This document shows, in pieces, positions 37,199 to 46,009 of a DNA stretch of 56,394 bases. Made by a program: the position numbers and the translations under genes. Position 1 is the first letter of the stretch; the number at the start of each line of letters is the position of its first letter. The stretch comes from Planctomycetaceae bacterium (GTDB lineage Bacteria > Planctomycetota > PLA2): positions 1 to 56,394 of the forward strand of contig WYBS01000066.1 in NCBI GenBank assembly GCA_011525755.1, written 5' to 3'. The notes under the pieces were generated by a model. It saw only the letters and a list, made by a program, of their open reading frames with translations, was not told the origin of the DNA and did not search any database.

Positions 37199-38806
37199 CT
37201 ACGTCTTCTTCTGCCTCGGCTCGCCGTCGCCCTTGACCGGCGGCGTCGTTGCCCGCGCGGTCTCCGGGGCCGGCGCCTTCTGGTCGCCCGTCATCTTCCC
37301 GAAGTAGTCGGGCATCTGGACGCCGCCGATGTCGCGCATCATCTGGAGCATCGGGGGCAGCGCGCCCGCGAGCCCCTGCAGGAACCCGGCGGTCGCGGAC
37401 TTGCCGTTCGTGCCGTTGCCCGGGTCCCACACGACGACCTTGTCGAACTTGATGTTGCTGATCGCGCTCGATGCCGTGTCGGCGAGATGGTCGAGGTGCT
37501 CGAGCATCATCATCTGGAAGGCCGCCTGCGCGTCGCCGCACGCCTTCACGATCTCGGCGAAGCCCTGGCCCTTCTTCTGGAGGATCTCGTACTGGCCGCG
37601 CGCCTCCGCCTCGAGCTTCGCGAAGATCGCGGACGCCTCGCCCTGCGCCTCGATGCGGCGCCGCTCGGCCGCCGCCTCGGCGTCGACGATCATCTTCGCC
37701 TTCTGCGACTTCGCGAGGGCGACGAGCTCGGCGTTCTTCTCCGCCTCGATCTTCGCCTCCTGCGCCTTCGCGGCCTCGGTCTGCGCCTCGTACTGCGCCT
37801 TCAGGACCTCCGCCTCGGCCACGCGCCGGCTCGTCTCGCCGCGCTGGTAGGCGACCGCCTGCTCCGTCGCGAGGTCCGCGTTCGTGCGCGCGATCAGCGC
37901 CTGCGCGTCGTTCTCGCCCTTCACCGCCTGGGCGTTCGCCTCGGCCACGCGCACGCGCTTCTCGCGCTCCGCGTCGGCGACCTGGGCGTCGCGCTGGAAG
38001 TGGGCCTTCTGCTCGCCGACCTTCGCCTCCTTCTCGAGGTTGGCGACCTGGATCGTGCGCTCCTTGTCGGCGTCCTTCGTCCCGATGTCGCGCTCCTTCT
38101 GCGCGACCGCGACCTCGATGTCCTTCTCCCGGTTGGCGCCCGCGACGCCGACGGCGCCCTTCTTCTCCTGCTCGGCGACGTCGATCGTCGCCTGCTGGAT
38201 CGCGGTCGCCGCGGCCTTGCGCCCGATCGCCTCGATGTAGCCCGAGTCGTCGGTGATGTCCGTGATGTTGACGTTGATCAGGACGAGGCCGACCTTCCGG
38301 AGCTCGGGCTCGAGCGACTTCTGGATCGAGGAGAGGAACGCCTCGCGGTCGCGGTTGATCTCCTCGATCCGCATCGACGCGATCACCTGGCGCAGCTGGC
38401 CGAAGATGATGTCGCGCGCCTGCGCCATGATGTCGTCGGACGCGAGGTTGAGGAGGCGCACCGCGGCGTTCTGCATGATCGTCGGCTCGGTGCCGATCGC
38501 CACCGTGAACACCGAGGGCACGTTGACGCGGATGTTCTCGAGCGAGAGCGCGCCCTTGAGCGGGATCTCGATCTGGATCGGCTCGAGGTCCAGGTAGGCG
38601 TAGTCCTGCACGACGGGCCAGATGAAGGCCGCGCCGCCATGCACGCACTTCGCCGCCTGCGCCCCCGTCACCTTGCCGTAGACGACGAGGACCTTGTTGG
38701 AGGGGCATCGCCGGTAGCGCTTGATCAGCAGCAGGAGGATGCTGAACGCGAAGACCGCGACGAAGAGGATGAGCAGGACTTCGGGTCCCGGTGCCGCAGC
38801 GAACAT
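37199..38806 (-). CDS. flotillin family protein (SPFH domain, YqiK-like)
   Basis: N-terminal TM. SPFH domain. Long Ala/Glu/Lys/Gln-rich coiled coil (EA repeats). Confidence 0.9.
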   Translation of the reverse strand: MFAAAPGPEVLLILFVAVFAFSILLLLIKRYRRCPSNKVLVVYGKVTGAQAAKCVHGGAAFIWPVVQDYAYLDLEPIQIEIPLKGALSLENIRVNVPSVFTVAIGTEPTIMQNAAVRLLNLASDDIMAQARDIIFGQLRQVIASMRIEEINRDREAFLSSIQKSLEPELRKVGLVLINVNITDITDDSGYIEAIGRKAAATAIQQATIDVAEQEKKGAVGVAGANREKDIEVAVAQKERDIGTKDADKERTIQVANLEKEAKVGEQKAHFQRDAQVADAEREKRVRVAEANAQAVKGENDAQALIARTNADLATEQAVAYQRGETSRRVAEAEVLKAQYEAQTEAAKAQEAKIEAEKNAELVALAKSQKAKMIVDAEAAAERRRIEAQGEASAIFAKLEAEARGQYEILQKKGQGFAEIVKACGDAQAAFQMMMLEHLDHLADTASSAISNIKFDKVVVWDPGNGTNGKSATAGFLQGLAGALPPMLQMMRDIGGVQMPDYFGKMTGDQKAPAPETARATTPPVKGDGEPRQKKT

Positions 38807-38817
38807 GACTTTCCTCC

Positions 38818-39375
38818 CTAGCTCCGGACGACCTTCAGGAGGTCGTCACCCTCGACCGCCTCGACCGTCACCTGCAACCCCGTCTCGAGGGTGTCGCCGT
38901 CGGTGACCGCCGGGAACTCCATGGACCGACCCTGGATCTCCAGCGTGACCTTGCCGCGGCCGACGCCGTGTCCGGGGATCCGCAGATAGACCGTGCCGTT
39001 CGCGCCCACCGCGTTCCGGACGTTGACCGTGCCCGACGCGCTGAGCCGCGCGAGCCCGCGCATCGTCCACGCGACGACGAACATGCTCGCGAGGCCCGAG
39101 CCGGCCGCGGTGCCGATGCGGGCCGCCTGGCCGAGCGAGCCCCAGACGATCAGCCCCACGAGGCCGAAGACGCCCGCGAACGCGGAGAGCGCCTTGAACG
39201 AGAGGATGCCGAAGAAGAGGTTACCGTGCCCCTCCGTGCCGGCCTCCCCGTGCAGGTCGCCGTGGTCGGCGTCGACGTCCGTGTCGCTCCCGAGCCCGAG
39301 CAGCTGGAGCACGAGCTGGAGCCCCACGAGGACGCCGCCGACAATGGCGCAATACTTGTAGATCGCGTACTCCAC
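38818..39375 (-). CDS. NfeD/YqiJ family membrane protein (flotillin-associated)
   Basis: N-terminal TM helices plus a C-terminal OB-fold-like region. Directly upstream of flotillin. Confidence 0.8.
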   Translation of the reverse strand: MEYAIYKYCAIVGGVLVGLQLVLQLLGLGSDTDVDADHGDLHGEAGTEGHGNLFFGILSFKALSAFAGVFGLVGLIVWGSLGQAARIGTAAGSGLASMFVVAWTMRGLARLSASGTVNVRNAVGANGTVYLRIPGHGVGRGKVTLEIQGRSMEFPAVTDGDTLETGLQVTVEAVEGDDLLKVVRS

Positions 39376-39449
39376 CGATCCCTCCCGGGCGCTGCCGCCC
39401 GGTCATTGTCCGTTTCGGGCCCCTTGCCGCGCAAGCCCGTTTCGAGTCG

Positions 39450-40448
39450 TTACCTCCCCCGGGCCCCCTCTATTCGCACCATTCCGCCGGAGACGAGGAA
39501 CCTCACCGGCAGGAACCGCTCGATCAGCGCGGCGTTCGTCGTCGCGTGCGACGAGAGCGGGAGGGTGCGGAAGCCGCCGCCGCCCGCGAGCGCCATCGGT
39601 AGGAGCAGCTGGTCCGCGAGGTGCTCGCCCACGGGCACGTCCGCGGCGAGGTAGCGCTCCGCCTCCGTGAGGGCGCGCTCCGCGACCCTCTCCGCGGGCA
39701 CGCCCTTCGCGCCGAAGCCGGTCGCGAGCTCGGATGCGTGCTCCGACTCGACGTGGAGCATCACCACGTTGCCGGGACCCGCCGACTCGACGGGTCGCGC
39801 CTCGGCATCCTCCCAGCCGACGACGCGGAGCTCCCGCTCGGCGATCGAAAGGGGGAGGTTCGAGACGATCGCCTCCGCGCGGCGCCGGACGACCCTTCCC
39901 CGTTGCAACAGATGGAGGGGGGCGAGGGGGGAGGGGTGAATCTCCGCGCGCACCTCCCCGCCGCCCGCGGGGAAGAAGCCGTGGCGGACGAGCTCCAGAT
40001 TCACCCGCGCTCCCATGCGCCGGATCGTCGTCACGAAGACGCGGGCGAGGAAGTCGAACGGCGGCGCGAGCGGGTTGTGCGTGCCGCCGAAGAGCCGGAG
40101 GCGCGAGGGGGCGTCCGCCGCGAGCAGCGCCGGCAGGACCGTCTGGAGCACGAGCGTGACGCTGCCCGCGGAGCCGACGTCGAAGGAGTAGTCGCCGGGC
40201 CGGATCCCGCGCGGGGCGAAGTCGAGCTCCGCGCTGCCGAGGCGCGCCCCCTCGACCCGGGCATCGCCGATCCGCGCCGCGGCCTCGACGGCGGTCAGGT
40301 GCTGGCGGAGGAGCCCCGGCCGCCCGCGCCTCGCCCGGATGTCCACGAGGCGGATCCGGCGCCCGGTCACGAGCGAGAGGCCGAGCGCGGTCCGGACCAC
40401 CTGGCCGCCGCCCTCGCCCTCGGCGCCGTCGATCCGGAGGGGCTCCAT
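39450..40448 (-). CDS. rtcA: RNA 3'-terminal phosphate cyclase
   Basis: 'DGAEGEGGGQVVRTALGLSLVTG…GLLRQHLTAVEAA…GSAGSVTLVLQTVLPAL' is highly characteristic of RtcA. Confidence 0.85.
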   Translation of the reverse strand: MEPLRIDGAEGEGGGQVVRTALGLSLVTGRRIRLVDIRARRGRPGLLRQHLTAVEAAARIGDARVEGARLGSAELDFAPRGIRPGDYSFDVGSAGSVTLVLQTVLPALLAADAPSRLRLFGGTHNPLAPPFDFLARVFVTTIRRMGARVNLELVRHGFFPAGGGEVRAEIHPSPLAPLHLLQRGRVVRRRAEAIVSNLPLSIAERELRVVGWEDAEARPVESAGPGNVVMLHVESEHASELATGFGAKGVPAERVAERALTEAERYLAADVPVGEHLADQLLLPMALAGGGGFRTLPLSSHATTNAALIERFLPVRFLVSGGMVRIEGARGR

Positions 40449-40528
40449 GTCCCGGATTATGACCTTTGCGCCCGCGGCGCGGCGCTCCCCCGGTGAAAGC
40501 GAGCGGCACGGCCTGTATAAGGGAACCC

Positions 40529-42004
40529 GTGAAGGCGTGGGTGCTTCTCGGGATCGGCCTCCTCGCCGCCTGCGGCGGCGGGGGCGGCGGGGGAGGCGGC
40601 GGTGCCGCCGCCTTCGCGATCGTCTCCACGGTGCCCGTCGACGGCACGATCGGCTTCGCGCCGGGCGCCGGGATTTCCGTCAACTTCTCCGACAACGTGG
40701 ACGTGGCGACCCTCACGCAGGCGACGCTCGTGCTCACGCGCACCGACGGGAGCCAGGTGCCCGCGAACATCGTGACGGCGCCCGCGAACCCGCGCAACGT
40801 GCAGCTTCGGCCCTCCCCCGACCTCCCGCCGGACGCCCGCTTCCACCTCCTCGTGAAGGGATCGATCCGGTCAGTGGCGGGAGTGCCGCTCGGCGCGGAC
40901 AAGGGCGTCTGCTTCATCACGAGCGGGCCCGAGCCGGCCGTCCGCGAGGACCAGGTCCTGGACCTCGGCGACCGGCTCAACGTGCCCCGCTACCTCGCGC
41001 AGGTCGTGCGCGTCGGGTCGCGGACCTTCGTGATCGGCGGCCACAGCAGCGACACCGAGGCGACCGATACCGTGGAGGAGTGGGATCCGGGCACGCGGAG
41101 CTTCAAGCTGCTCTCCACGAAGCTGCTCGGCCCGCGCGCGGAGTTCACGGCGACGGTGCTCTCGGACGGGCGCATCCTCCTCGTCGGCGGCGTCGCGGCG
41201 CCCGGCGGCGCGCCGCTCGCGACGACGGAGACCTTCGATCCGGCGAGCGGGTCCTCCCCCGGGCCCCCTCTCCTCGAAGCGCGAAGGTGGCACGCCGCGA
41301 GCCGTTTCCGCTCCGGGGTGCTCGTGTCAGGGGGCTTCGGGGGCAGCGGCGATCCCCTCGACACGCTTGAGTTCTTCGAGGGCGGGTCGTGGAACGCGCA
41401 TTCCGGGCACCTCGCTCAGCCGTCGGCGCAGCATCTCCAGTTCTCGCGCGGGTTCGACGAGGTGTACGTGGCCGTCGGCAACCTCGCCCAGGTCGCGGCG
41501 CGCGTGGACAGCGTCGCCGTGACGGGGTTCTTCGAGGGGGACGCGCGGTTCCGGTCGCAGGGCACGGTGCTCCACGACGGGCGCGTGATGATCGTCGCGG
41601 GCGACACGCGGAGCGTCGTGATCCACGATTTCGAGGAGGACGTGTCGTACCTCGCGACGAAGCTGCTCTTCGACCGGCGCGGCGCGTACAGCCTGACCAC
41701 GTGGGGATCGAGCGGCCGGCTCTACCTGACGGCGGGCGGGTTCCAGATCTCGGCGGGCGGGCGCGTGATCCGCTCTCTCGAGCTAGTGGAGTACCTCCAG
41801 AACCCGGGCGGCGCGCCGAACGTCGCGATCTACACGGTGACTGCGTCGGAGCTCCCGGTCCCGATGGCGGGCCACGTCGGATTCAACGACCCCCTGGGAG
41901 CGACCGTGCTCGCGGGCGGCATCGAGGACGCCGCCGGCGCCCCGACGCGCCGCGTCGTGATGATCCTCGACAACCGCACGACGCCCCCCGCGACGTGCCA
42001 GTAG
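40529..42004 (+). CDS. Kelch-repeat lipoprotein with an N-terminal Ig-like (SbsA-type) domain
   Basis: GTG start with AAGGGA Shine-Dalgarno sequence. Lipobox LLAACGGGG plus a poly-Gly linker. Repeated 'DGRILLVGG / SGVLVSGGFGG / HDGRVMIVAG' Kelch blades. Confidence 0.7.
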   Translation: MKAWVLLGIGLLAACGGGGGGGGGGAAAFAIVSTVPVDGTIGFAPGAGISVNFSDNVDVATLTQATLVLTRTDGSQVPANIVTAPANPRNVQLRPSPDLPPDARFHLLVKGSIRSVAGVPLGADKGVCFITSGPEPAVREDQVLDLGDRLNVPRYLAQVVRVGSRTFVIGGHSSDTEATDTVEEWDPGTRSFKLLSTKLLGPRAEFTATVLSDGRILLVGGVAAPGGAPLATTETFDPASGSSPGPPLLEARRWHAASRFRSGVLVSGGFGGSGDPLDTLEFFEGGSWNAHSGHLAQPSAQHLQFSRGFDEVYVAVGNLAQVAARVDSVAVTGFFEGDARFRSQGTVLHDGRVMIVAGDTRSVVIHDFEEDVSYLATKLLFDRRGAYSLTTWGSSGRLYLTAGGFQISAGGRVIRSLELVEYLQNPGGAPNVAIYTVTASELPVPMAGHVGFNDPLGATVLAGGIEDAAGAPTRRVVMILDNRTTPPATCQ

Positions 42005-42007
42005 AAC

Positions 42008-44470
42008 TTGCGAGCGGGGAACATCCTCCCCGCGGCCGCCGTTGCCAAGGGCGTGGTGCGGAAGGGCCTTCTCTCGCTGATCGTCTGCCTCGGGGCGGCG
42101 CGGGCGGACGAGGTGGCGCTCGCCGATGCGGGGAGGCGCGTCGAGGGGCTCGATCAGCTCCTCCGCGCCGCGAAGTCGACGGACAAGGAGCTCGTCGCGG
42201 CCGTCGAGGCCGTCGGCGCCGCGCTGCGCGACCTCGCCCCAGACGCGGACCCGCGCGAGCGCGGGCGCGTGCGCGACAGGGCGACCGACGCGCTGTTCAA
42301 GGCGCTGCGGCTCGAACGCGTTGACCGGGAGACGAAGCGCAACCTGCGCGCGCCGGTGCAGCTCGCCGCCGTCCTTGCCCTCCGCCACATCGACCGGGAG
42401 CGCGCGGACGACCTGATGCGGGTGATCGAGCGCCACATCCTCGGCGACCGCGGCTACGACGTGGACCCGTCGTTCTACGACGCGGTGCTGGACCCGCTCG
42501 TGCGGCTCCGCGCGAAGGGGACGTTCGAGTGGGTGCTCGAGGAGGTGGTCAACCCCGACACGGCCGACGACGCGCGTGACCGGGCGCTCGCGGGGCTCGA
42601 CGCGCTGCTGCGGATCCCCGCGACCGGCGACCAGCGCCGCGTCGCCGTCAACCGCATCCTCGGCATCTACCAGTCCTACATGTTCCACGTCGAGGACGAC
42701 TTCCTCGAGATCGCGGGTTACCGCGGAACGAAGTACAAGGGGATGCGCGGCGCGGGCCCCTACTGGGAGTCGATGCGGCCGACCGTGATGCGCACGCTGC
42801 GCGAGCTCTCGACGGACCCGCGCACCGGCCTCCCGGCCTTCGACATCGACACGAAGGGGGAGATCGGGACGCTCGAGCGGCACCAGGTGTGGTACGCGCA
42901 GAACAGCCTCGCGGGCCGCGCGCCGTGGGTGGACGGCGCGCGCGAGCCCAGGCGGCGCGCCGACGCCCCCTACACGCGCATGCCGCCGCCGGCGTGGTTC
43001 GCGCTCGGCGCGCCGTGGCAGCACGCGTGGCGCACGAACCGCACGGTCCTCGACCGTCCGCTCGCGCCGGCGGCGTGGCGCGACGAGCTCCGCGCGACGA
43101 CGCTGCCCGATCTCGCCGCGAGGATGCTCGGCGATGCCGCCTGGCAGGTCCGCGCCGCGGCGTGCCTGACGCTCGGCCGGATCGCCGCGCCGGGGGCGGC
43201 AGAGGCGCTGCGCGCGCGCGTCGAGCGCGACCCGGTCGAGGAGGTGCGCGAGGCGGCTCTCCTCGGGCTCTCGCTGCTCGCGGAAGAGGCGCAGCGCGAC
43301 TTCCTCCGCGCGCGCGCGGCGGACGCCGCCGAGAACCCGCGCCTGCGCGCCTACGCGCTGCTCGCGCTCGGGCTCCTGAAGGACGCGGAGACGCCGCGCG
43401 CGATCCTCGCGTCGGGCGACGCGCCCCCCGACCTCGGCGCGTGCGCGGTGCGCGCGCTCGGGCTCGCCGGCGGGACGGCGCCGGAGGTCGCGGCGATCCT
43501 CGCGGACCGGCGGCAGCCGCCGCATCTCCGCGGCGAGGCCGGCACGGCGCTCCTCGTGCTCGATGACCGGGCGGTGCTGCCGGAGGTGATGACCGTCTTC
43601 AAGGAGCGGGCGAGGGGGACGCCCGTGGCGGCCGCGGCGGCGGCGATCGCCGCGCGCCTCACGCCTCCCGACGACACGCGCGCGATCAGGCGCCTCGCGC
43701 GGGAGACGGGCGACACCGACGGCAACTTCACGGGTGTCCGGACGCTGCTCGCGACTTCCTTGGCCGGAATGGGGGGGGCGCGGGGGGCCGCGGCACTCGC
43801 GGAGGAGTACGCGAACCTCCGCCCGAACAGCATGCGTTTCGTCGAGCGGGGCCACTTCCTGATCGCGCTCGGGCGTATGGCCTCCGATCCGGCGAAGGAG
43901 ATCCTCCGGGCGGAGATCCTGGCGCTCGACCACGAGTGGGATCTCGGCGCGTGCGCGCTCGGCCTCGCGCTCGCGGGCGAGCACGGTTCCCTCCCGACCC
44001 TCCGCACCCTGCTTCCCGCAAGGGGGGAGACGTACGCGCCCCACGGCATGATGGCCCTCGCGCTCTTCTCCGATCCGGCGGGCCGCGTGCTCATCCGCGA
44101 GGCGCTCGCGAAGCGGCGCTCGGACGACGTCCTCGAGGAGGGGGCGCTCGCGCTCGCGCTGCTCGACCGCGAGAAGGCCGTCCCGGACCTGCTCGCGCTC
44201 TGGGCGCGAGCGCGGCGCGCGGAGCACTACGACGCGTTCGCGTGGGCGTTCCGGCTCGCGGCGTCGGCGGACGCGATCGCGCCGCTGCGCGCGATGGTCG
44301 AGGGAGGCCCCGACCCGGTGCAGCGGGCGTTCGCGCTGATGGCGCTCGGGCGGATGGCGGATCCGGCGGCGCCGCTGCACGCGCTCGCGCGCGATTCGAA
44401 CGTCTACGCAGACAACCCCACGCTCCTCGACCTCGCGCGCTGGCGCGACGCCGCGCCGCTCCTGGACTGA
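42008..44470 (+). CDS. HEAT-repeat protein (PBS-lyase-type repeats), probably secreted
   Basis: Repeated 'WQVRAAACLTLGRIAAPGAAEAL…EEVREAALLGL' HEAT units. The annotated TTG start lacks a Shine-Dalgarno sequence. An alternative GTG start lies near 42053, before a signal-like segment (VRKGLLSLIVCLGAARA). Confidence 0.65.
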   Translation: MRAGNILPAAAVAKGVVRKGLLSLIVCLGAARADEVALADAGRRVEGLDQLLRAAKSTDKELVAAVEAVGAALRDLAPDADPRERGRVRDRATDALFKALRLERVDRETKRNLRAPVQLAAVLALRHIDRERADDLMRVIERHILGDRGYDVDPSFYDAVLDPLVRLRAKGTFEWVLEEVVNPDTADDARDRALAGLDALLRIPATGDQRRVAVNRILGIYQSYMFHVEDDFLEIAGYRGTKYKGMRGAGPYWESMRPTVMRTLRELSTDPRTGLPAFDIDTKGEIGTLERHQVWYAQNSLAGRAPWVDGAREPRRRADAPYTRMPPPAWFALGAPWQHAWRTNRTVLDRPLAPAAWRDELRATTLPDLAARMLGDAAWQVRAAACLTLGRIAAPGAAEALRARVERDPVEEVREAALLGLSLLAEEAQRDFLRARAADAAENPRLRAYALLALGLLKDAETPRAILASGDAPPDLGACAVRALGLAGGTAPEVAAILADRRQPPHLRGEAGTALLVLDDRAVLPEVMTVFKERARGTPVAAAAAAIAARLTPPDDTRAIRRLARETGDTDGNFTGVRTLLATSLAGMGGARGAAALAEEYANLRPNSMRFVERGHFLIALGRMASDPAKEILRAEILALDHEWDLGACALGLALAGEHGSLPTLRTLLPARGETYAPHGMMALALFSDPAGRVLIREALAKRRSDDVLEEGALALALLDREKAVPDLLALWARARRAEHYDAFAWAFRLAASADAIAPLRAMVEGGPDPVQRAFALMALGRMADPAAPLHALARDSNVYADNPTLLDLARWRDAAPLLD

Positions 44471-45475
44471 TCAGCCGACGTCCAGCGCCGCCGCGAACGC
44501 GTTGCGGACGACGGCGTCGACGAGCGGGGGCACGCGCGGATGGTCGACGCCCGGATGCTCCTTGCCGCCCCAGCCGAGCGCCCGCGCCGCGTGCTTCACG
44601 TACGCGAGACGCACCTCGCGCGCGAGCCGCCCCCGGTCCCCCCCCGCGACCGCCACGTGCAGGTCGAGTAGATCGTCCGCGAGCCGCGCGCGCTCCGCGG
44701 GCGTCGGCCCCTCGACCAGCAGGTGACCGAGGTCCGCAGCCGCCGGTCCGCTGCACGCGCCCGTCCAGTCGAGGATCACCGGCTCGCCCCGCGGCGGGAA
44801 GATCACGTTCTCGATGTGGAGGTCGCCGTGGAGGAGCGTCCTCGGCGCGGCAAGGAGCTCCGCGTCGATCTCCGGCAAGGCGTCCGGGAGCGAGGCGACG
44901 AGATCGAGTCCGCCCGGCGGCAGCGACGCGCCGTAGCGCTCGAGGAACAACGGCGTCCGCTCGCGGACGATCTCGACGAGCGGCGTCCGCCGGGATCCCC
45001 ACGGGCGCAGGTCCTTCAGCACGTCGTGGCCCGCGAACGCGGCGTGGAAGCGCGCCATCGAGCGCACGACGGCCTGCACCTGCGCGCGCGTCGCCCCCTT
45101 CAGGATGTCGCCCTGCTCGGCCGGTCCCATGTCCTCGAGCAGCAGCACGGCGCGATCCGCATCCTCGTCCACCGCGCTCGCGAGGAGGCGCGGCAGCCGG
45201 ATGGGCATGAGCGGCGCGAGGCGGCGGTAGAAGTCGTTCTCGATCGCGCCGCCCTTCGCGCGGGCGAGCTTCGCCACGAGGGGGAACGGAGGGGGCGCGG
45301 GGGAGGTCTTGAGCCCGAGGCGGACGACCGTGCCGTCGAGGCCGAACCCCTCGCCGATCACGACCGGCGTGAGCCCGGTGACCCGGAGGTCCGCGAAGCC
45401 CGGCGCCTCGGCGAGCATCGCCGCGAGCCACGCGGGCGTGATCTCGGCAGGCGTCCCGGGAACGGCGCGCATCAT
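44471..45475 (-). CDS. phosphotransferase (APH/CHK-like kinase) family protein
   Basis: 'LLHGDLHIENVIF' catalytic loop. 'ILDWTGACSG' metal-binding Asp. Starts ATGATG, overlapping the stop of the upstream ORF. Confidence 0.75.
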   Translation of the reverse strand: MMRAVPGTPAEITPAWLAAMLAEAPGFADLRVTGLTPVVIGEGFGLDGTVVRLGLKTSPAPPPFPLVAKLARAKGGAIENDFYRRLAPLMPIRLPRLLASAVDEDADRAVLLLEDMGPAEQGDILKGATRAQVQAVVRSMARFHAAFAGHDVLKDLRPWGSRRTPLVEIVRERTPLFLERYGASLPPGGLDLVASLPDALPEIDAELLAAPRTLLHGDLHIENVIFPPRGEPVILDWTGACSGPAAADLGHLLVEGPTPAERARLADDLLDLHVAVAGGDRGRLAREVRLAYVKHAARALGWGGKEHPGVDHPRVPPLVDAVVRNAFAAALDVG

Positions 45476-45954
45476 TCCTCGAGCAGGTGGAGCCGCGGCA
45501 GGACGTCCCCGAAGCGCACGCCCGCGCGGATCGTGGAGGGGCCGTCGGGAAGTTCGCCCTCGATCGGGTACGCGTCGGGCCAGCCGCCGATCCGGAACCG
45601 CGCGCCGTCGCCGCCCCTCTCCACGCGGCCCTTCGCCGTGATCCGCGTGCGCACGACGCGTCCGCCGCCGGCCCGGACCGCCGGTGCGAGCGCCGCGAGG
45701 TCGAGCGTGCGGTCCCGCGCGGGCGTGACGTAGACCCGCTGCGTTCCGAACTCGACCTCGACGTGGTGGACGCCGTCCAGGCGCCCGACGGCATCCCGGA
45801 TGCCGTCCGCTCACCCCATTCACTTGAGCTTGTCGAGCATGAGGACGACGCGCAAGAGCCCCGACGGCCCCTCCGTCGCGACCGACGGCACGGGCGCCCG
45901 CGGCGCCGCGCAGCCGAGGACCGCGCCGGCGAGGAGCAGGGAGATCGTCCGCAT
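45472..45954 (-). CDS. putative selenoprotein: lipoprotein with a MerP/CopZ-like heavy-metal-associated (HMA) domain in which both CxxC cysteines are in-frame TGA (U-M-G-U)
   Basis: A single frame is open over 160 codons except for two TGA codons at 45820-45822 and 45811-45813. Signal/lipobox MRTISLLLAGAVLGC. 'RVVLMLDKLK-U-MG-U-ADGIRDAVGRLDGVHHVEVEFGTQRVYVT' aligns to the HMA beta-alpha-beta-beta core. A perfect 8-bp hairpin GACGGCAU-CCGGG-AUGCCGUC starts 2 nt after the second TGA. Confidence 0.5.
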
Positions 45955-46009
45955 CGGCCAAGGCTAGCACGGCCCCGCCGCGGCGGCTGTGGGATACTCG
46001 GCGCTGCGA

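Noticed and set aside
40560-40600. GGC/GGG codon run (poly-Gly) and other G-runs at 36100-36200, 43770-43800 and 50370-50410
   Set aside because: These are simple glycine or proline linker codon runs within proteins (lipoprotein linker, Pro-rich C-terminus of E1). They are not copies of the CCCCCGGAGCCCCC element.
45472-45654. 60-aa ORF treated by the ORF finder as an independent GTG-initiated gene
   Set aside because: It is the C-terminal part of the longer frame that continues upstream through two TGA codons into an HMA-like domain and signal peptide. Reported instead as the selenoprotein candidate.
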